The translations under genes and the position numbers were made by a program. The notes beneath the pieces were generated by a model. The model did no database searches and was not told the DNA's origin. It worked only from the letters and a program-made list of their open reading frames with translations. A DNA stretch of 64,000 nucleotides. Source: Acidobacteriota bacterium. Its GTDB lineage: Bacteria > Acidobacteriota > UBA6911 > RPQK01 > JAJDTT01. The stretch lies in contig CBDCJH010000002.1 of assembly GCA_965217775.1 (NCBI GenBank), positions 864,001 to 928,000 of the forward strand, in the 5' to 3' direction. Below are positions 11,898-22,275 of the stretch, piece after piece. Positions within the stretch are counted from its first letter, which is position 1. The number at the start of each line of letters is the position of its first letter.

Positions 11898-12421
11898 GAG
11901 TCGATCTCCAGTGAAATCCGTTTGGGGGCTGCGTCAGTGGCACCGAAATACTGGAAGCACCATGCCGTGCGGGTACCCTCGTTCCAGTGATAGAGGTCGT
12001 TGCCCAGAGCACTGACATTGACAGGAGTCCGTCGAACGATGGACATGGCCCTGCGTAGCGGGCGGATGAGATCCGCCTGAGTGGTCGTTTGGATGAGGTT
12101 CTGAAAGCGCATTTCGCTCAATGCACGGGGGCTGTTCCTGGATTCGCGCCGGCCCAAGACCGTAGCGAGTCTTGGGCGTCCGTCTTCCGTGACGCGAGCC
12201 AGCACGATGGCGACGAGCGCCAAGCGATCTGCCCGCGGGTGATAACCAGCCGACCGAAGCCGCCCGTTGAGGTCATGCGTAGCCTCGACGGTTAGCGCCT
12301 CCGCGGGGGTGGCGCAGCGACGAAATCGGGCGCGGGTCATACGTGCAGTACCGTCATCTGCATTGAACGTATGCCACCACCAGTCTGCGCAGACCATACC
12401 CGGGGATTTCTTGTCCCTCAT
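11894..12421 (-). CDS. cse2: Cse2/Cas11
   Basis: LSEMRFQNL; position between cse1 and cas7. Confidence 0.9.
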   Translation of the reverse strand: MRDKKSPGMVCADWWWHTFNADDGTARMTRARFRRCATPAEALTVEATHDLNGRLRSAGYHPRADRLALVAIVLARVTEDGRPRLATVLGRRESRNSPRALSEMRFQNLIQTTTQADLIRPLRRAMSIVRRTPVNVSALGNDLYHWNEGTRTAWCFQYFGATDAAPKRISLEIDS

Positions 12422-13902
12422 TTGCCGGTCTCCGTTACTTTCGCGTCCAGATTAAGCGTTCGTCGGATGGGGCCGGTGGTAAACGCAGACAGCAGCTTCT
12501 TCCGTGCGTTCACGATTTTCTCAATGTCAGCCGCGCTACGATCGACCAGTGATGGAACGGCATGGAGGTCGAACAACTCTAGTGCTGTCCGCCGCAGGGT
12601 ATTCAGCCACTGCTCTTCAACCTCCGTTCCGTTTGGCATCGGTGCCGCCTTCGTAGCGTTGACAAAGTCGGACTCAGTTGTGGCAAAAAAGGTTTCCGAA
12701 ACAGTCTCAACGGCGTTGCCCTTCATTCCGACCGACGTTCTCAATAGCCTTTTCAATGTGCTGGCTGCGGCGTTGGCGGCCTCAACCAGCGCGCCCACGA
12801 GGAGTTCCGTATTCTGGTCCGATGGAAAAGTCGGGTATACGTGCAGGCTGAAATCCCTGGCTTGCATATTCTTCGTCGCCCAGCCTCCAGCGAAAACCTC
12901 GGTGGCCGGTGGGTTGTAAAGAGAATTGAACCGATGGATCGATGTTGCGACTACACGGGTCTCGTTGCTTTCTCCAAAGGTGAGTCCCAGCCAGTTGCGG
13001 TAGCTCACCTTGCCTGGCTGCGCAAGTTGTGGAAGGAATTCATCACCGACTTTTTTTCGATAATAGGGCGACAGCGGATGTTTCCAACCGTGGTAGTTGG
13101 TTCCGTGTCGCTTCTGCACGACTCCGGTCATCTTGTTCGCCTTGAACAGTAGCCGCAGCCGTCTGGGCATTCCGAAGAATGCTTCGGCGGAGTGGGACAT
13201 ACCTGGAGTTGCGAGTTCGCCTTTTGATGATGTCCGGGTTTTGCGTAGCCACGGCAATGCTTCGCTCGCTCGCTCGGCCGGGAGCGGCGCTCCTTCCGGT
13301 ACGTTGCACCAGACCATCCGCCAAAGTGCATGCGCGTCTGCGTCGACGGGTTGCACCAACGTCACCAAGGGGCCGCCACCACGCATCGAGGTGCGATTTC
13401 CCGCTCCGCCGGTGGGTGCGAAGTCTTGAAGTGCGTAGAGCGCCATTGCCGCTAACGGGAGGGGTAAGTTGGTGTATCGATCACGCTTGACCGTCAAGTC
13501 GGCATTTTTTTTCTTTGTGAGTTCTCCTGCACCGTCGATGAACAGCATGTCCGGTGGTTTGATCGCACTCGGTTTCGCCCCGACCTCAAATGGTTCCATG
13601 TCCTGCAGGAAGCGGGGACCATCTCCGGTCAGCTCGAAGTGCGGCGTGAAGGGTTTGAGGGCGCAACGTAAGCGGCCCGGATCGGGCGTTTCGTAGCGCT
13701 CATGCCAGTCGGCGTCGTGACACGGGGGATCGGCGAGGAACACCAATCCGATTAGCAGTTCGAGGCAGGCAAGGTTCAGATCGCCCCGGGGCCAGTCGAG
13801 GCGGACGACCCCTTCTCTCGCAATCTCGTCTGGCCGAAGCGTGATCCGCCCTCCATCCCGGATTGCGGGGATCCATCGGTCGCTGATGAGATTAAGGGGC
13901 AT
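12418..13902 (-). CDS. cse1: Cse1/Cas8e
   Basis: NLISDRWIP, FAPTGGAGNRTSMRGGGP, HPLSPY. Confidence 0.93.
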   Translation of the reverse strand: MPLNLISDRWIPAIRDGGRITLRPDEIAREGVVRLDWPRGDLNLACLELLIGLVFLADPPCHDADWHERYETPDPGRLRCALKPFTPHFELTGDGPRFLQDMEPFEVGAKPSAIKPPDMLFIDGAGELTKKKNADLTVKRDRYTNLPLPLAAMALYALQDFAPTGGAGNRTSMRGGGPLVTLVQPVDADAHALWRMVWCNVPEGAPLPAERASEALPWLRKTRTSSKGELATPGMSHSAEAFFGMPRRLRLLFKANKMTGVVQKRHGTNYHGWKHPLSPYYRKKVGDEFLPQLAQPGKVSYRNWLGLTFGESNETRVVATSIHRFNSLYNPPATEVFAGGWATKNMQARDFSLHVYPTFPSDQNTELLVGALVEAANAAASTLKRLLRTSVGMKGNAVETVSETFFATTESDFVNATKAAPMPNGTEVEEQWLNTLRRTALELFDLHAVPSLVDRSAADIEKIVNARKKLLSAFTTGPIRRTLNLDAKVTETGK

Positions 13903-14143
13903 CTTGGCCTACGGCTTCTGTATAAAAGAAGTCCGTTCATTCGGACGCAATTACTATCGGAATACGTCTCGCTGCTGGGCGATACATACTACGGAGTGCG
14001 CGTAGAACCACCATCGATCTCCGCGATAGTCGGGTTGTTTTCGACACGTCACAGTCAGAGATCCCAATCTAAGGAGACGACCATACAGGGATGCTCTGTC
14101 AACTTTCACGACATGGTGAGTAGATTCACACGACCGGGACATT

Positions 14144-16678
14144 TCACGTCGAAAACATCAGTCCCCATTCGGGATCGTATCGCACTCCTTCGCAGACCAG
14201 GCCATCCTCGCCTACGGGGCAGAGGACGAGGTGATCGCGCTTCCCCTTTGACCACGCGGCCTTGATCTCGGCGATCTCAGGCTCCGATTGATCGGGCAAC
14301 TCGACGGGGCGGAGGCGTCGGCCAGCGCAGCGCACTTCCGAAAGTACCCAGGCGCTCACCGATGTCTCCGCATCGCACCAGGGTGACAGCCGGTGGGCCT
14401 TTCGGCGGGCCAGGACCAACGTTTTCTCTTCTTCGCCAAGGCGAGTAGGAAACTTTTCCTCGCTCCAGACCCTGCCCTTTGTGCCTTTGAGGTAGCCGTC
14501 GTCCGGGATTACCACGTTCTGTTGAGCTATTGCGGACTCAGCGAGCGCCCTACCCTCGGCGTCAAAGAGCGCGTTGGTGAGTGGCTCCGGTACTTCCAGC
14601 GGATTTGAGCCGTGAACGGACTCGATCAGAGTCCTCAGTTTTTCGGGCGAGTTGATCGTGCCGGCGTCGAACACGGACCGAGCGGTTCGCCACTGATGGT
14701 CGTGCCGGTAGACGTAGGCACCTTTGCAGAGCACCCGATTGAGCCAGCGAGCATCTGTCACCCTGTCTGGATCGGGAGAAAGGATTACCAGCTCTGGACC
14801 AGGCACCGGGCGGGCTGTAATGGGGCGCCGGTCCATGTGACGCCAGAGCCGACCTGTACGCTGGATCAACGCGCCGATCGGCGCGAGGTCTGACACCACC
14901 AGATCGAAGTCCAGGTCCAGCGACGTCTCGACAACCTGTGTGGCTACCAGCACTCGACCCCCACGACCGATCCCGTCCCGCCCGAATCGGGCCATCGCCG
15001 CGGCCTCGTGTCGGAGACGGTCTCCAAGGACGAAGCGGGCGTGTAACAAGCTGGCCGGGCAGCCTTGATCATGGAGACTCTTGACCGCGGTGATAGCGTC
15101 ATCGACGGCGTTACGAACCCATAAGCAGGCCGCGCCTGCCTCGGCGCCTTTCACCAGCATTTCGATCGCGACCTCCTCGGAGTCGATCCGCGTGACGCGA
15201 ACGGAGCGACAGGTAGTCGGTACGGGCTCAACAGAGCGAGTTCGGATTTCCGTACCGACAAGGGCGAGCGCCGGGTAGTCTTTGTGGCTCAAGTGGACCG
15301 CCGGCCGACCCATTCCGCTGCGGAATGCCTGAGCGTACGCTTGTCTCATCCTCATCGGTAAAGTCGCCGTCATGACGATCGCAGAACCGCCGCTCATCGC
15401 CTGCATCTTGAGCAGCATTTCGAGTTGGCACTGCATATACGGGTCGTAGGTGTGCGCTTCGTCCACGATTAGAATTCGGTCCACCAATCCAAACAATCTC
15501 AACGTGGCAAATCGCGTCGGCAGGATGCCCATGAGCGCTTGATCAATGGTTCCCACTCCGATCTCCGCTAGCAGCGAACGACGGCGGTCATCTGCGAGCC
15601 ACCGCGTGCAACCGGCCTCAGGGGTCGCGTCGTCTCCGGCACCGATAAGAGCGCGGAAACCTTCATGCAGCGCTGCTCGACCATGAGCCAGAGTCAACGA
15701 GGGAGGAGCCTCGAAGAGGCGCGCCGCCACTTTAGTCATCCGCTCAAACATGGCATTTGCCGTGGCCATCGTTGGTAGCGCGAAGAAAATGCCGCGCGCG
15801 CGCCCCAAAGCAATCATCCGATGCGCAAGGATCAGCGCGGCTTCGGTTTTTCCGGAGCCTGTCGTGTCCTCGATTAGAGCGAGGACAGGACCGTCAGGAA
15901 GAATGACGCTTTCTGTAGCGGACTGCATAGGCCGCAGATCCGGTAGGTGCGTCAGAGTCTGGGCGTTAATCCCCAAAGACACCGAGACGGTGTCCAGTCC
16001 GGCCTTCGCCACCGCCTTTTCGGCTTGGGCGCGCGCGCACTCCAGATAGTCTGCCGGGACGATGTCTGACGAGGCGGGAGGGAACCAATCCGTGTTCGAC
16101 CCCACCCAGTCCGATGCAACGGTAAGCCCGGAAAGCGCCCAACTCAGTCTCCGTGCGCCACGCTGGTCCATTCCCGCCAGTGATCCGCCCGGCAGTAGTT
16201 TGAGGAGGAGCGACGTCCACACCGATGCGGCTTTCGTCGCCGCATATCCGATGGCGTTCCTACGTCTTTGTATCTTCCGCCGATTGTTCGATCGATCCGG
16301 TGGGCCACCGTGGTGCCCGGACACGGCAGCATACAATTCACTTCTCGTGTAGCCGTCGCCACCGAGTGCCCGGCCAATGATCGGGTCGAGCACCGTTGTC
16401 AGTAGCAGGTCCGACAAAGTCCAGTGGCGATACGCGCTTGGACCTTGGTCACGAAGCATCGCGCGGAATGTCTGGGATAGTTTGCCCACGTCGTGCAGCG
16501 CAACCAATACAACCAATCCGCGTCGCTGGGAGGATGACAACCTGGAAAAAGCCCGGTGACCGTCGATCAGACGCTCGGCGCAGGCGGCGACATCCAGCAT
16601 ATGCCAGATGGCGGGATGTTCGCGGGGCTTGCTCTTACCTGGCCAGTCGCGGGCCAGCGAAAAAGAGTCTTCGATCAT
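14144..16678 (-). CDS. cas3: Cas3 HD nuclease-helicase
   Basis: HMLDV...LHDVGK HD domain, TGSGKT, DEAH, QRTGRLWRH. Confidence 0.97.
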   Translation of the reverse strand: MIEDSFSLARDWPGKSKPREHPAIWHMLDVAACAERLIDGHRAFSRLSSSQRRGLVVLVALHDVGKLSQTFRAMLRDQGPSAYRHWTLSDLLLTTVLDPIIGRALGGDGYTRSELYAAVSGHHGGPPDRSNNRRKIQRRRNAIGYAATKAASVWTSLLLKLLPGGSLAGMDQRGARRLSWALSGLTVASDWVGSNTDWFPPASSDIVPADYLECARAQAEKAVAKAGLDTVSVSLGINAQTLTHLPDLRPMQSATESVILPDGPVLALIEDTTGSGKTEAALILAHRMIALGRARGIFFALPTMATANAMFERMTKVAARLFEAPPSLTLAHGRAALHEGFRALIGAGDDATPEAGCTRWLADDRRRSLLAEIGVGTIDQALMGILPTRFATLRLFGLVDRILIVDEAHTYDPYMQCQLEMLLKMQAMSGGSAIVMTATLPMRMRQAYAQAFRSGMGRPAVHLSHKDYPALALVGTEIRTRSVEPVPTTCRSVRVTRIDSEEVAIEMLVKGAEAGAACLWVRNAVDDAITAVKSLHDQGCPASLLHARFVLGDRLRHEAAAMARFGRDGIGRGGRVLVATQVVETSLDLDFDLVVSDLAPIGALIQRTGRLWRHMDRRPITARPVPGPELVILSPDPDRVTDARWLNRVLCKGAYVYRHDHQWRTARSVFDAGTINSPEKLRTLIESVHGSNPLEVPEPLTNALFDAEGRALAESAIAQQNVVIPDDGYLKGTKGRVWSEEKFPTRLGEEEKTLVLARRKAHRLSPWCDAETSVSAWVLSEVRCAGRRLRPVELPDQSEPEIAEIKAAWSKGKRDHLVLCPVGEDGLVCEGVRYDPEWGLMFST

Positions 16679-16825
16679 TTCGGGTCTTCCTGATCAGGCG
16701 GACGCTCTCCATCCTCAGTCGTTCGATTCGTTTCCGAGGCCGATGGGTGAGGTTGGCGATAGTGCTTTTGCCTGAAAGGGAATCAACACTTGGTATAGAT
16801 TTCACAGGGCAGGAACGCCGGAACT

Positions 16826-17824
16826 TCAGGTCAGCATGCGGAGGAACATCGCAACGCGTTCCAACTTCTCGACCTCGTTTGGGTCCAGGCCGTCAGGTGC
16901 AAAATGCATCACCTCGTTTCGCATCTCCCTCACTTGGCCCAAATTGTGTGTGAAGGTGGCGCGGTCCACTCGCAATCCCAACCTGTCCCATCGATCCGGG
17001 TTTTCAAGGAGTCGGCAATAGGTGCCGAAGTTGAGGTCCCAGGAGCCCTCTATCGGTGTGCTCGGATCATCGGACGCCTCCGCCATCTCTTCGAGAGTGA
17101 ATTTGCTCACGAGATTACGCAGATGAAGCTCGATTTCGCCTATGACCAGGAACGGTTGGGCAAGCTGCGCGAACTGTCTGGCGAAATCGCTTGCCGTCAC
17201 GATTCCTGAGATGGTCCGGTCGACGTCTCGCACCAGAACGTATCCATGTTCCCAGATGTCCTTGATCGCATTGAACAAGGGTGCGTTGATGGCTATTTCC
17301 CGATGAGGCTCCATCCAGTGGCGGACCTCGTCGCTCTGGCATCCTAGCGTGAACGCCGTTCCGATCGACCGCCAACTGACCACGCCCTTCACGTCGCGTT
17401 CGTTTGCCATCACGGGGAGCTGCGAGAAATCCTCGATCAGCATGATCGTCGTCGCCTTGGCGAGCGGGTTGTTCGGCCGCACGCTGGTCAGTTTGCAGCG
17501 GGCTGTCGGAAGTACGCGGATACGCACGGTCGGATCGACCGGCTCTTTCCGGACGTCCGTCGCCTCCATGTCCAGCTCGATCGAGATGTCGCCGTCGATA
17601 TGCTCGCGCTCGAAATCGGGGACCGTGCGTAGATTCAGTTCCGCGAATTTGGTCCTGATCCGCCGGATAAGCCTGTCGCTTCGGCGCGCGTAATTGAACC
17701 AACCCAGAAGCTCGCGGACCGTCGTGGGTTCCGCAACAGGCATAGCCCCACTATCCCGTTCGGCTTTCATCCTGTCTGCGAGTTTTTGAAGTTTCTCGTC
17801 AGCTTGATAGGGCATCTCTCTCAT
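16826..17824 (-). CDS. CBS-pair plus HEPN (RxxxxH) protein
   Basis: CBS motifs FSQLPVM..VKGVVSW and VLVRD..ISGIVTASD; C-terminal helical domain with RNEVMH. Confidence 0.8.
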   Translation of the reverse strand: MREMPYQADEKLQKLADRMKAERDSGAMPVAEPTTVRELLGWFNYARRSDRLIRRIRTKFAELNLRTVPDFEREHIDGDISIELDMEATDVRKEPVDPTVRIRVLPTARCKLTSVRPNNPLAKATTIMLIEDFSQLPVMANERDVKGVVSWRSIGTAFTLGCQSDEVRHWMEPHREIAINAPLFNAIKDIWEHGYVLVRDVDRTISGIVTASDFARQFAQLAQPFLVIGEIELHLRNLVSKFTLEEMAEASDDPSTPIEGSWDLNFGTYCRLLENPDRWDRLGLRVDRATFTHNLGQVREMRNEVMHFAPDGLDPNEVEKLERVAMFLRMLT

Positions 17825-17860
17825 TCCACAAATGTTGTTGAATCGGGCCGGACCTTCAAA

Positions 17861-19540
17861 TCAAAACCCCGGAGGTCGCCGGGAGTGATGGTCGGTGACC
17901 TGCTGGTAGGCTTGGCCCAGGGCCAGGATCCGGGACTCGTCGAAGAGTCGCCCGGTCACGGTGATGCTGGTGGGACGGCCCTCGGGGTCGAACCCATTGG
18001 GCAGGCAGAGGCTGGGGAGCCCCGTCAGGTTGGTGAGCCGCACATTCTGGCTGAAGCTGGGGGCCAGGTAGGCGTCGATCCCGGACATCAGGCGGGCCAT
18101 GTCCTCCATGAGCAATGAGCGCAGCCGGTTGGCCTGAATGTACTCGACGGCCGGAACGAAGCGGGCCTGACGGAACATGTTGGGCCAGTTGTTCTCCTCC
18201 TGTTCCCTCAACAGGTCGTCCTGGTTGTTCCGCGTGAACTCGTCGAAGGCCGCCGCCGCCTCGGTGTAGAGAATCAGCTCCGGCGCGAGAGGACGCTTCG
18301 GCAGCTCGATGGGGACCAGGTCGACCCCCAGGGATCGGAAGACCTCCAGGCTCCGGGCATCGTTCTCCTTGGCGGCTGCTTCCTCCTGTTCCTGAAAGGG
18401 GCTCTCGGCGTAGCCTACCCGGAGCCCCTCCAAATTGTCTCCGACGGGCCACACGAAGGGACGATCGCAGGTGGTCCGGTCGTGGGGATCGAGTCCATGG
18501 ATGGCGGCGAACACCAGGGCGCAGTCTTCGGCGCTGCGGCAGATGGGACCGAGCTTGTCCAGGCTCCAGCTCAGGGTCATGGCGCCGTGACGGCTGACCC
18601 GTCCGAAAGTCGGTCTCAGGCCCGTGACTCCGCAGGTGGCGGAAGGATAGACGATGGACCCCATGGTCTCGGATCCGATGGAGAAACCCACCAGGCCGGT
18701 GGCCGTCGCCGCGGCCGAACCGGCTGATGACCCCTTCGAGCCTTCGTCCAGCTTCCAAGGGTTGCGGGTCTGCCCGCCGTACCAGACGTCGACTGCGGCC
18801 AGAGCCCCCAGGCTGAGCTTGGCGATCAGCACCGCGCCCGCGTCCTCCAGCATGCGGACCACGGTGGCGTCCAGGTCCAGGGTCTGGTCGCGATGGGAGG
18901 TGGCTCCCCAGGTGGTTCGATATCCTCGGACCGCCAACAGATCCTTGGCGCCCCACGGGATTCCGTGGAGCGGCCCCCGGTAGCGTCCACGAGCCAGCTC
19001 CCGGTCGGCGCGGCGCGCCTGTTCCAGGGCCAACTCCTCGGTGTAGGAGATGACGCATTCGAGCTTTTCGGCGTATTTCCTGAGGCGCTCCAGATAGAGG
19101 CGGGTCAGTTCCACGGAGCTCACTTTCCGGGCCTTGACCGCCGGCGCCAGACGGGAGAGGGGCCAATAGGCCAGATCCTCCGGACGGCCGGGAACGTCAG
19201 GGATCGGAGACGAGAGTTTGGCCGCTGTCCCGGCGGGCGGTTGCGGCACGCTCCCGCGGGGAATGGGATCGAACTGGATGGCGGGAGGCACCGAATTGTC
19301 CAGAGAGAACTCCCGGAGGTTTCCGAAGAACTCCAGGCTCTGATTGACCCGCTTGAGCATCTGCTCCCGTTCGGGGAGCGTGAAATCCAGGCCGATGACC
19401 TGTTGGGCCGCTTGCAGAATTTCCGCGGTGATTCTCATCTCCGTGTCCACGGGAGACTCCTCCCGGCAGGAAGCCAGAACCAGGCCGCTTCCCGAAAGGG
19501 AGGTGAGCGCCTGCCTGCGCGTCCACTTGGAGTCACTCAC
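17861..19540 (-). CDS. Amidase signature family enzyme (Tat-type signal)
   Basis: TRRQAL signal, HGIPWGAKD, GSSAGS, GSETMGSI. Confidence 0.9.
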   Translation of the reverse strand: MSDSKWTRRQALTSLSGSGLVLASCREESPVDTEMRITAEILQAAQQVIGLDFTLPEREQMLKRVNQSLEFFGNLREFSLDNSVPPAIQFDPIPRGSVPQPPAGTAAKLSSPIPDVPGRPEDLAYWPLSRLAPAVKARKVSSVELTRLYLERLRKYAEKLECVISYTEELALEQARRADRELARGRYRGPLHGIPWGAKDLLAVRGYRTTWGATSHRDQTLDLDATVVRMLEDAGAVLIAKLSLGALAAVDVWYGGQTRNPWKLDEGSKGSSAGSAAATATGLVGFSIGSETMGSIVYPSATCGVTGLRPTFGRVSRHGAMTLSWSLDKLGPICRSAEDCALVFAAIHGLDPHDRTTCDRPFVWPVGDNLEGLRVGYAESPFQEQEEAAAKENDARSLEVFRSLGVDLVPIELPKRPLAPELILYTEAAAAFDEFTRNNQDDLLREQEENNWPNMFRQARFVPAVEYIQANRLRSLLMEDMARLMSGIDAYLAPSFSQNVRLTNLTGLPSLCLPNGFDPEGRPTSITVTGRLFDESRILALGQAYQQVTDHHSRRPPGF

Positions 19541-19628
19541 GATGAAAACCGGGAGTTGGAAGAATCAGGAGCATTCCGGCGGATGAGCGTGAATCGGAGC
19601 TTTCTCATCCCGGGATTGCGCACTGGGA

Positions 19629-20735
19629 TCACGGACCCGTCGTTTCCAGGGCCAGCCGGCCGCAGCTCTCCAACGCCAGCAGCGGGTAGCAGGTTCCGCT
19701 GTAGGTGATGAAATGGAATTTGTCCGTGTTGAGGGATCGGGTCCACCAACGGCCCGACTCCCGCTGGTTGGACAGGAGCCAGTCGATGGCTCGCTGAATT
19801 CGCGGATCGTCGGCTGGGACCCCGGCTCGTCTCAGGACCAGGACGCAGAGGCCGGTCTGGTGGCCGTCACTGGGCGGATTATCGAAATCGTCTTCGGCTC
19901 GGAGCTTCTCGGCGCGGTTTCCCCGGCCCCAGGTCTCGGGAGTGGCGAAAGTGCGGATCGACCAGCCCCCGTCCGCGCGTTGATGCCGCCAGACCATCTC
20001 GACCAGTTCCTGCTTCTTCTCATCCTCCAGAAGTCCGGGCCAGCGGGTGGAGACCCAGAGCAGGAGGAGGCGCCCGTAGTCATGGGGCGCCCGGGTCCTC
20101 ACGTATTCCCTCGTCTTCCGCACCGCTTCCCGGCCGCCGTTGGCGGCCATCCATCCGGGAGCCGCCGCCATGGCCGTCGCCGCCACGGTGGCCGATTGAT
20201 ACTTGCTGGACTCGAACGGTGGCCAGGTGTCGACGTTGTGCCAACCACCCTCCGGGTCCTGGAGATCGAGCATCAGGTTCAAGGCCTCCCGGGTCTCCGG
20301 GGAAAGCTCGCCAGTGACGTGTGCGTCCCATTCGGCCAGACCCTGGGCCGCATAGGCCACCTGGGTCGGATAGACGCTGGAACGAAGTTTCCGGGACTCC
20401 ATGGCCCGCAGTTCGTCGAGTTCCTCGATGATGAACTTCCGAAGCTCTGCCGGCGGCTGACCCAGGGTTCCGGTCAGGGCCGGACGCGTCACGAAATAGG
20501 TGCCATTGGTGTGACAGGAGATGCACTCCCGCTTCCGGGTCCAGGCCAGAGCCCCCTCCTCCATGTAAGCTACGGCTCGGCTGGGAGAGAATTGGTCCCG
20601 GATCGGCTCCTGGGCCGACGCGGGAGGGATCAAGATCTGCTCCCATTCATATTGCGGCTTGGGCGCTTGGCCGTCCTTTTCCGCCGCGGCCGTTCCGAGG
20701 AAGAAGATGGCGAGGAGGATTCTTGCCGGTTTCAT
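19629..20735 (-). CDS. Squalene-hopene cyclase/prenyltransferase-repeat secreted protein
   Basis: QW motifs QDPEGGW, QRADGGW, QRESGRW; CISCH. Confidence 0.75.
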   Translation of the reverse strand: MKPARILLAIFFLGTAAAEKDGQAPKPQYEWEQILIPPASAQEPIRDQFSPSRAVAYMEEGALAWTRKRECISCHTNGTYFVTRPALTGTLGQPPAELRKFIIEELDELRAMESRKLRSSVYPTQVAYAAQGLAEWDAHVTGELSPETREALNLMLDLQDPEGGWHNVDTWPPFESSKYQSATVAATAMAAAPGWMAANGGREAVRKTREYVRTRAPHDYGRLLLLWVSTRWPGLLEDEKKQELVEMVWRHQRADGGWSIRTFATPETWGRGNRAEKLRAEDDFDNPPSDGHQTGLCVLVLRRAGVPADDPRIQRAIDWLLSNQRESGRWWTRSLNTDKFHFITYSGTCYPLLALESCGRLALETTGP

Positions 20736-20926
20736 AATGGCCGCAAGGTTACTATAGGATCCCGAAGATTCCCAAACGAGGCACCCGCCGCCTGCCTGAA
20801 GTCCGAGGGCTCCCAGTTGCTGCACCGGGTCAGACCTGATTGCGGCGGAGGTTCTCATCGACGTACCCTCGGAGTCAGCTCAAGGTTTTTCGAACCTTGC
20901 CAGTAGAGTTTCAGGAGGGTCCCGTC

Positions 20927-22153
20927 ATGAAGAGATGGTGTTCCAGACGTGAGGGCTGTCCGGCCCCGCTGATCCACGTTTTGTGGATCGCGATCCTGCT
21001 TCCGGGGGGAGCCTGCTCCGTTACCCGCACTCCCGCGCCCGCCGAACCGGACCAGAAACCGATATTCGTGAGCGGCCGGGACGGGTATGACACCTACCGG
21101 ATCCCGGCGCTCCTGACCACGGGGAAGGGAACTCTGCTGGCCTTCTGCGAGGGGCGCAAGGACAGCCGGCGCGACCACGGAAACATCGATCTCCTGATCA
21201 GACGTTCCACCGACGGGGGAGAGACCTGGAGCCGACAGGAGGTGGTCTGGGATGACGGTGGCAACACCTGCGGCAACCCTTGTCCGGTGGTGGACCAGGA
21301 GACCGGCACCATCTGGCTGTTGCTGACCCACAATCCGGGAGACGAGGGCCTGAGGGAGATCCGGTTACCCGGAGCCCGAGGGACCCGGACCGTGTGGGTC
21401 ACCTCCAGCGAGGACGATGGGAAGACCTGGGCACCGCCTCGGGAGATCACCGCGACCACCAAGAAACCGGGCTGGGACTGGTATGCCACCGGGCCCGGCG
21501 TTGGGATCCAGCTTCGCCAGGGTCCCCATCGGGGCCGGCTGGTGATCCCGTGCGACTATTCCTATCCGACATCGAATCCGGATGAGGTGGTTCACCAATA
21601 CGAGGGCCCCCCGATCGGATTCGGCTCCCACGTCATCTACAGCGACGATCACGGCAAGAGCTGGCATCTCGGTGGGAACATCCAGCCTCAGGCCAACGAG
21701 TGTCAGGTCGCCGAGCTGACCGGCGGCCGGATTCTGCTGAATTTCCGGTCCTACTTCGGGAGGAATCTCCGGGGCCGTTCCTGGAGCAGCGACGGTGGCA
21801 TGACCTGGTCGGAGTCGCAGGACGATCCCCAGTTGACCGAGCCGGTCTGCCAGGCTAGCCTGCTTCGCTACGGTTGGCCCGAGGCGGGACGCCGCAGCCG
21901 TCTCCTCTTCTCCAATCCCGCCGCCACCGAGCGGGTCCGGATGACCGTACGCCTCAGCTACGACGAGGGGGAATCCTGGCCGGAGTCGCGCCTCTTGCAC
22001 GCCGGTCCGTCCGCCTATTCGAGCCTGGCCGTCCTGCCGGACGGTTCCATCGCGTGTCTGTATGAGCGCGGGGATGAGTCTCCCTATGAGACCATCACGC
22101 TGGCCCGATTCGGCCTCGACTGGCTGAGCCAGGGGAAAGATACGGGGGACTGA
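20927..22153 (+). CDS. Sialidase (GH33)
   Basis: YRIP motif; Asp boxes [40 protein letters not shown]. Confidence 0.92.
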   Translation: MKRWCSRREGCPAPLIHVLWIAILLPGGACSVTRTPAPAEPDQKPIFVSGRDGYDTYRIPALLTTGKGTLLAFCEGRKDSRRDHGNIDLLIRRSTDGGETWSRQEVVWDDGGNTCGNPCPVVDQETGTIWLLLTHNPGDEGLREIRLPGARGTRTVWVTSSEDDGKTWAPPREITATTKKPGWDWYATGPGVGIQLRQGPHRGRLVIPCDYSYPTSNPDEVVHQYEGPPIGFGSHVIYSDDHGKSWHLGGNIQPQANECQVAELTGGRILLNFRSYFGRNLRGRSWSSDGGMTWSESQDDPQLTEPVCQASLLRYGWPEAGRRSRLLFSNPAATERVRMTVRLSYDEGESWPESRLLHAGPSAYSSLAVLPDGSIACLYERGDESPYETITLARFGLDWLSQGKDTGD

Positions 22154-22275
22154 CGATCATCCGAATTCGTCCAGAAGTTCATCTGAAAGCGGTTCGAAAA
22201 AGCTGGAGAGAATCTCCATCCCTCGATCGATGCCGACCCGCCGCGGATTGACCGGCAGCTTTGGAATCGGTCCCG

